IMG/VR virus record: IMGVR_UViG_3300000547_000002
Span: 15,181 to 79,180 of that record
Strand: one strand, 5' to 3'
Source: a virus
Length of the DNA stretch: 64,000 nt
Shown: positions 58,523 through 64,000 of the stretch, in pieces
Position numbering within the stretch: position 1 is the first letter of the stretch
Layout: every line of letters begins with the position of its first letter
The notes under the pieces: model-generated
Database searches by the model: none
What the model saw: only the letters and a program-made list of their open reading frames with translations
What the model was told of the DNA's origin: nothing
Made by a program: the position numbers and the translations under genes

Positions 58523-59011
58523 ATGATTGTATCTGAAATCATTTATGAACAGTCGAATAGAACTGCCGAAGAAATATTCAAGGACGCACAATCTCTTCCT
58601 AGAAATCAACAGGAAATTCTTAAAAAGTTCTTGTCTGATATTCCAAAATTACCAGCAGGAAAATCTACAACAATGGACGGCGTTGAGTATGAATGGGACG
58701 GAAAGCAGTGGAGAAACAAAAAAACCAAAAGATTAGAGCCTTTTCCTGAATCTCCTAAATTTTTTCAGCTGTTTGATCCCGAAGTAATGAAGAGGACTGG
58801 TGATTTGTATAGAGATGCACAAGAATCTGGCGTTCTAGTAGAATTAGAAAAGTTATTCAGACAGAAATCTGTATCAAAACCAAAAAAAACAAACACAGGC
58901 AAAAATAAAGACAAAGACAAAAAAACCAGAACAGGAAATCTTGTACGAGATATGCAAAGAGCAACCGGAAGAGCAGGTCCGGCAAAAGATCCCGGCGACG
59001 GTCCTGACTAG
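58523..59011 (+). CDS. Hypothetical late protein, candidate internal head protein
   Basis: Late promoter upstream; N-terminus MIVSEIIYE; Lys-rich C-terminus. Confidence 0.6.
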   Translation: MIVSEIIYEQSNRTAEEIFKDAQSLPRNQQEILKKFLSDIPKLPAGKSTTMDGVEYEWDGKQWRNKKTKRLEPFPESPKFFQLFDPEVMKRTGDLYRDAQESGVLVELEKLFRQKSVSKPKKTNTGKNKDKDKKTRTGNLVRDMQRATGRAGPAKDPGDGPD

Positions 59012-59238
59012 AAGAAGGGCATTCCTGTTTTCTTAGAAGTTTCTAGATTATCTTTTATAAGTTCGCTAATCAGTTCTTTTTCTTCATAACTAAGAAAATG
59101 TGCTTCTTCGTAGGTAATAGAACCTCTCATATACCAACAGATTTTGATTAAATCATGTTTTATCTGTTTGGTTTCTTTTTCAAGATTGTCGACTTCTACG
59201 AGAATTTGGTCAGTCGGCCAGGCCAGTATTTTTATCCG
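59008..59238 (-). CDS. Start-less ORF (gp51/gpT-like), probably reached by -1 frameshift from the upstream gene
   Basis: RIKILAWPTDQILVEVDNLEKETKQIKHDLIKICWYMRGSITYEEAHFLSYEEKELISELIKDNLETSKKTGMPFF*. In-frame TGA at 59256-59254; absent from the ORF track. Confidence 0.7.
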   Translation of the reverse strand, partial: RIKILAWPTDQILVEVDNLEKETKQIKHDLIKICWYMRGSITYEEAHFLSYEEKELISELIKDNLETSKKTGMPFF

Positions 59239-60095
59239 AAAAAATTTGATTGATCAAATACAACAGGAACCTGATAGGTTTCCGGTGCCCCTTTTGCTTG
59301 ATCTTCTGGATCGGTGTTGACTTCAAGAGGTTTGATAGTAAATTTTTCTTTTTCTTTTTCGATGTGAGATATTACGGCATTATAGAAATCTCTATCTGCT
59401 TTTTGTAAAAACTCATTTATATAGGTCTTTTCATTGACAGTTTCTGTTCCTATTTCAATAGAAGAAATACTTTCTGTAATCATGCTAATGTTTAGTTCGG
59501 TGAGTTTTCTAAAACTTTGATTGAAACGTTCTATTTTTTCCTGTTCAGAAATGTCTTCATTGTCTAACAAAGAAAAAACTCTCTGTTCTTCAAAGGTCTT
59601 TAGTGCATTGTTTGTAAATTCGCGATAAGACAAAGGTTTTAAATGAATAGTTAAATCGCCAACTGTTAGAACATTCTCAAATTTTACAGCAATCAACTGA
59701 TCTAGTATCTGTCTTAGATCTAATTGATATGTTCTTTCTTCTTCGATTCCTGGAACTGTTGTATTAACGTCCATTTGTTCGCCATATGTAGCAATTCTAA
59801 TAGCAACAAGAACTGCATCTAAGTCAATACTAGGCATGTTCCAGGCATTTTTAATATTCGGAATACAGCTTTGTATAACATCAACAGTGCTTTGGCCGTT
59901 AATAAGAGAATCCGGAGTTTTAAAAGATAACTCGTCTTTTGCGGTCATTGCAAACACAGGATATTCGCCATTTTCTGTAAATTCAATATCCTGTTCATTC
60001 CAATACCTTCCGTTGCTAGGTAATCTAACATATATTTTAGGTTGTCTAAAATATTTCTGGAGAGGATTACCTGTAGGCATACCGTTTTCTGACAT
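59232..60095 (-). CDS. Baseplate hub / tail assembly chaperone, T4 gp26-like
   Basis: NPL..YFRQPKIYVRLPS.G..., MTAKDEL, IDLDAVLVAIRIATYGE; ends NFFG. Confidence 0.8.
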   Translation of the reverse strand: MSENGMPTGNPLQKYFRQPKIYVRLPSNGRYWNEQDIEFTENGEYPVFAMTAKDELSFKTPDSLINGQSTVDVIQSCIPNIKNAWNMPSIDLDAVLVAIRIATYGEQMDVNTTVPGIEEERTYQLDLRQILDQLIAVKFENVLTVGDLTIHLKPLSYREFTNNALKTFEEQRVFSLLDNEDISEQEKIERFNQSFRKLTELNISMITESISSIEIGTETVNEKTYINEFLQKADRDFYNAVISHIEKEKEKFTIKPLEVNTDPEDQAKGAPETYQVPVVFDQSNFFG

Positions 60096-60106
60096 GTTTA
60101 TCTCCG

Positions 60107-60133
60107 AATAAATATATAAGCTTTGTATTTATA
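60107..60133. promoter_or_regulatory. Face-to-face late promoters for the divergent chaperone and tape-measure genes
   Basis: AATAAATA on + (60107-60114) and exact TATAAATA on - (60133-60126) in the 63-nt gap. Confidence 0.65.
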
Positions 60134-60158
60134 TACGCAGATTATGTAGATTTTAATT

Positions 60159-62735
60159 ATGGCAGAAAGAGTTACAGGCAAATTTGGCGAAGAAGAAATT
60201 GTTCTTAACAATGCTGCTTCTGAAGCGACTCTAGAAAAGTTACTAGAAGCAATAGACAAATCTGCCAAAAAATCCGATAAAGAAAAAACCGAACAAAAAG
60301 CAGAATTAAAAAGGTTCACTGAAAAACTCAAGGACGGCACAGCAACGCTTGGTGATTTCACTAAAGCCGCAGGCAGTGCAGCAAAAGCCGCTGCGGCAAG
60401 TGTGGGCAGAGGTTTCAACAACGTAGGCGACGCTGCTGCTGGTCTTGCTTCAGAATTTGCAACTGGATCTGCTAGGATAAGTGATTTTAGCTCTCATATT
60501 ACAGGGCTTATAAATCAAATTCCTCTTATCGGAGGAGCATTAGGTGGTCCTCTCCAACTTTTTGCTAGTTTTGTAGATAACAATGTTGACACTTTCAGAC
60601 AGTTATCAACTGTTGGCGTAGATTTTGGTAACACAATCTTTGCAACACAAGAAGCTGCGATAAGAGCAAGGCTTGCTCTCGAAACGTTTAGCGGTGCTGT
60701 CAGTCAAAACAGTAGAACACTTGCGCTACTTGGAGGAAATGCGTCAAGAGGCGCAGAAATCTTTACCAATGTATCTAGAAGAGTTCAAAACGAATTCATA
60801 CCAAGCCTTGCTGCTCTTGGTCTTACTATGGAAGAAACTGCGGCCTACCAGGGAGATTACCTAGACATACAAACTAGACTAGGACTTGCTCAGCAAAGAG
60901 ATCAACAAGCATTAGGTAATCAGACAAGAGAATACGTTAAACAAATCGATTTACTAGCAAAGGTCACAGGCGAGCAGCGTGAACAGATATCTGAACAGCT
61001 AAAACAACAGGCCTTAGATAAAAGAATACAAGGCTTGTTGGCCACTCTAGCACCCGAAGCAAAAAAAGTTCTACAAAACACTGCTGCGGCACTAGAAACA
61101 CAATCACCTGACATTGCTAATGCATTTAAAAATATGGTTGCAACCGGCGGCGTTCCTATGACGGAATTCGGTAGAGATCTTGTGCGTCTTAATCCTAGAT
61201 TGCAAGAACTTACTGCTGGTGTAAGAAGCGGAACTGTCAGTCAAGAGCAGGTATTCGAAGAATTTAGACGCACAGCTAGAATAGCAAACGCTCAAGGAGA
61301 CTCGTTCCTTCAATTTACAGGCACTCTAGCTGCGTTAGGTTCTGAAGTTGGTTCTGCAACACTAGCTATGCTTGGTTTTGAAAATTTTGCTGAAGGATTT
61401 AATGAAGCACAGCAAGATCAAATAACAGCAATGGAAGAAGGTGGCAAGGCGTTTGCTACGTTTGAGAGTGCTATCGTTCAAGCAAGAAATGCAATTTTAG
61501 GGCAATTACTAGATAGCGGAATTTTTGATAGCTTACAGTCCACTTTTGCAGATTTTATAAAATATCTTACAGGTCCAGGATTAGGAGATATAGAAAGAAT
61601 AATCACTCAATTTTCTACATATCTCGATGGGATGTTTGACAAACTAAGCGATCCGGATTATACCTTTGGAGATTTAATTGCAGAACTAGGAACTGACGCA
61701 TTAAAATACATATCTCCTTTGTTTGTGCTTATAGCAAAAGAAGGTATAAAAGCAATAGGTATAGCAATAAAAGAACTGTTTTCCAATCCTGTTGTAGCTG
61801 TAGGAACAGCTGGAGCAATAGCAGCCTTATTTGGTGCAGGAAAAGTAATAGGAGCACTAGTAGGCGGCATAGGTTCGTTGTTTACATCAGCAGTAGTGAA
61901 ACGAGCAATGGCCACAAATATAAATTCCATGTTTACAGGTGGCCGAAGAAATAGAGGAGGAGCACCTGCAGGCGGAGTTGGGCCTCGCGCACCGAGAGTA
62001 GGAAAAGGACTGGGACTGTTAGGATTAGGTTTTGGAGCGTATGACATAGCTACTACAGTCGGCAACGAAAATCTTACAAGACAGCAAAAAACAACAGATA
62101 TTGCAGGAACTGTAGGGGGATTGGGTTTCGGTGCTGCAGGAGTCAAAGCAGGAGCTGCATTAGGATTAGCAGGCGGTCCTTTTGCTCCGATCACCGTTCC
62201 TCTAGGAGCACTTACTTTAGGAACACTAGGATACTTTGCTGGAGAAGATGTAGGCGAATTTGCAGGTTATCATCTATCCGGCGGCTATAGAAACGCTAAC
62301 GGTAACACCACTTCGCCCGATAGAGTAACCGACGAACAACTAGAAAGATTAGATACACTCGTAAGTTTTACACCCAAGGTCAATAACTTATCAGAATCTC
62401 TAAACACATTTCAGTCGAGTTTCAATTCTATGGATCTTGATTATAGACAAATTGACAGGACTGTGAGATCTCTGGAAAAAATGACCGAACAACTTGAAGA
62501 TATTAACGAACAACTGCAAGGCGGAAATGACAGCGGCTTTTTTGGATTTGGCGGAAATGATAGAAATCAAACAACAGCAGGTGACGTATTATCTAACTTC
62601 AATTCAAATCAAAGAGAACAGTTAGAACAGTTAAATAGAGTAATGACAGATATATTAGGTGTGTTATTACAGAGCAATGACATGAACAAACGTCAATTAA
62701 ATGCTACTAGAGCAATGACTGGCAATCTATACTAA
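60159..62735 (+). CDS. Tape-measure-like protein
   Basis: 858 aa, Ala/Gln-rich helical body with hydrophobic Gly/Ala segments; next to the gp26-like chaperone. Confidence 0.65.
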   Translation: MAERVTGKFGEEEIVLNNAASEATLEKLLEAIDKSAKKSDKEKTEQKAELKRFTEKLKDGTATLGDFTKAAGSAAKAAAASVGRGFNNVGDAAAGLASEFATGSARISDFSSHITGLINQIPLIGGALGGPLQLFASFVDNNVDTFRQLSTVGVDFGNTIFATQEAAIRARLALETFSGAVSQNSRTLALLGGNASRGAEIFTNVSRRVQNEFIPSLAALGLTMEETAAYQGDYLDIQTRLGLAQQRDQQALGNQTREYVKQIDLLAKVTGEQREQISEQLKQQALDKRIQGLLATLAPEAKKVLQNTAAALETQSPDIANAFKNMVATGGVPMTEFGRDLVRLNPRLQELTAGVRSGTVSQEQVFEEFRRTARIANAQGDSFLQFTGTLAALGSEVGSATLAMLGFENFAEGFNEAQQDQITAMEEGGKAFATFESAIVQARNAILGQLLDSGIFDSLQSTFADFIKYLTGPGLGDIERIITQFSTYLDGMFDKLSDPDYTFGDLIAELGTDALKYISPLFVLIAKEGIKAIGIAIKELFSNPVVAVGTAGAIAALFGAGKVIGALVGGIGSLFTSAVVKRAMATNINSMFTGGRRNRGGAPAGGVGPRAPRVGKGLGLLGLGFGAYDIATTVGNENLTRQQKTTDIAGTVGGLGFGAAGVKAGAALGLAGGPFAPITVPLGALTLGTLGYFAGEDVGEFAGYHLSGGYRNANGNTTSPDRVTDEQLERLDTLVSFTPKVNNLSESLNTFQSSFNSMDLDYRQIDRTVRSLEKMTEQLEDINEQLQGGNDSGFFGFGGNDRNQTTAGDVLSNFNSNQREQLEQLNRVMTDILGVLLQSNDMNKRQLNATRAMTGNLY

Positions 62736-62752
62736 CAGTCAAAGAGAATTTT

Positions 62753-64000
62753 ATGAGCTGGAAAAAATACTTTCAGCCAGTGCCAACTGGCGACAATCAA
62801 GCAGGATCATACAGCCCCTTAACCGCAAACGGCGGCCAACAACCAGGTCCAGCAAGTTCTAACTATAATTCATATTTGCCTGATGTTTATGTAGGTTCGC
62901 CTAATAGGATAGAACGCTACGGTCATTATAACACAATGGATCTTGATTCTGAAGTTAATGCGGCACTAGACATCCTAGCTGAATTCTGCACACAGCCTAA
63001 TGATCAAAACGGAACTGCGTTTAGATTTCAATTTCACCAAGACGCTACGAATTCAGAAACACAGATACTTTCCCAGTATCTAAAGCAATGGTATAAACTT
63101 CAAAAACTAGAAACTAGAATTTTTCGAGTAGTAAGAAACGTATTCAAATACGGCGACGAAATTTTTATTAGAGATCCTGAAACCAAAAAGCTATTTCACG
63201 TAGAACCAGCAAAAGTCAAGAGAATAATTGTAAATGAATCAGAAGGCAAGATACCAGAGCAGTATGTGATAGAAGACATCAATTTCAATTTCAAAGAAAT
63301 GGTTGCTACTACGCCTTTTGAAACGAATTCAAATATTCTAGGCGGTGGATCAGGCTATTTAGAAGGCGGCGTAAGAGGTATGGTAGGATCATATCCTTCG
63401 CAGGCAGGTTCTCGTTTTCAATTAGAACAAGGCGAAACTGCGATTGACGCAGATCACGTGCTTCATCTTTCGTTAAGTGAAGGTTTAGATTCAAACTATC
63501 CTTTTGGTAATTCTCTTTTAGAAACTGTATTCAAGGTTTACAAACAGAAAGAACTGTTAGAAGATGCTATTATAATCTATCGTGTACAACGCGCACCGGA
63601 AAGAAGAGTGTTTTACGTTGATGTAGGCAACATGCCAAGCCACTTGGCAATGCAGTTTGTTGAAAGAGTAAAAACAGAAATACATCAAAGAAGAATACCT
63701 TCTGCTACAGGCGGAGGAACAAATGTAATAGACTCTGCTTACAATCCGCTTTCTACAAATGAAGACTACTTCTTCCCCCAAACAGCAGAAGGTAGAGGAT
63801 CAAAAGTTGAAACACTGCCAGGCGGCACAAACCTTGGTGAAATAGATGATTTGAGATATTTCACTAACAAACTCGTGCGCGGCCTCCGTATACCTTCTTC
63901 TTATCTGCCAACAGGCGCAGAAGACGGTGCTACTTCCTATAACGACGGTAGAGTAGGCACTGCTTATATTCAGGAATTGCGTTTCAATACCTACTGCGAA
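62753..64000 (+). CDS. Portal protein, T4 gp20-like (runs off window end; absent from ORF track)
   Basis: Manual translation: MSWKKYF...LEDAIIIYRVQRAPERRVFYVDVGNMP...EDYFFP...GRGSKVETLPGG.NLGEIDDLRYF. Confidence 0.95.
   Translation, partial: MSWKKYFQPVPTGDNQAGSYSPLTANGGQQPGPASSNYNSYLPDVYVGSPNRIERYGHYNTMDLDSEVNAALDILAEFCTQPNDQNGTAFRFQFHQDATNSETQILSQYLKQWYKLQKLETRIFRVVRNVFKYGDEIFIRDPETKKLFHVEPAKVKRIIVNESEGKIPEQYVIEDINFNFKEMVATTPFETNSNILGGGSGYLEGGVRGMVGSYPSQAGSRFQLEQGETAIDADHVLHLSLSEGLDSNYPFGNSLLETVFKVYKQKELLEDAIIIYRVQRAPERRVFYVDVGNMPSHLAMQFVERVKTEIHQRRIPSATGGGTNVIDSAYNPLSTNEDYFFPQTAEGRGSKVETLPGGTNLGEIDDLRYFTNKLVRGLRIPSSYLPTGAEDGATSYNDGRVGTAYIQELRFNTYCE

Noticed and set aside
247-63781. Many antisense ORFs in the six-frame track (e.g. 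987-1325, 26919-27404, 61658-62194)
   Set aside because: They lie opposite long motif-bearing genes and are shadow ORFs.

Overview
This 64 kb window comes from a large T4-related myovirus (probably a jumbo phage) in the standard genetic code. (1) 1-17.2 kb is a sugar/small-molecule modification region: four radical SAM enzymes, a methyltransferase, about six glycosyltransferase-like genes, SGNH-like proteins and a UDP-sugar dehydrogenase. It contains an oppositely oriented AT-rich block (6.9-12.3 kb) encoding a short DegT aminotransferase, an amidinotransferase and an Fe(II) oxygenase. (2) 17.3-53 kb (minus strand) is the tail and baseplate module: a gp38-like glycine-rich adhesin fusion, four paralogous fibres, a 5182-aa wedge-like protein, and gp6-, gp25-, gp5-, gp53- and gp48-like genes. 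(3) 53.1-58.05 kb (plus strand) holds a gp55-like late sigma factor, gp47, a 2OG-Fe(II) oxygenase, gp46 and a stand-alone GIY-YIG nuclease. (4) A ~470-nt, helix-dense, probably pseudoknotted non-coding region follows the GIY-YIG stop directly. (5) The end holds a gp26-like chaperone finishing on a T TTT TTC slippery site with a start-less -1 ORF, a divergent tape-measure-like gene and the portal (partial). Top candidates for new biology are the GIY-YIG plus structured RNA unit, the aminoglycoside-like enzyme cluster, and the G/GT-type frameshift in a T4-type chaperone. All calls come from manual motif recognition; no searches or folding programs were run.
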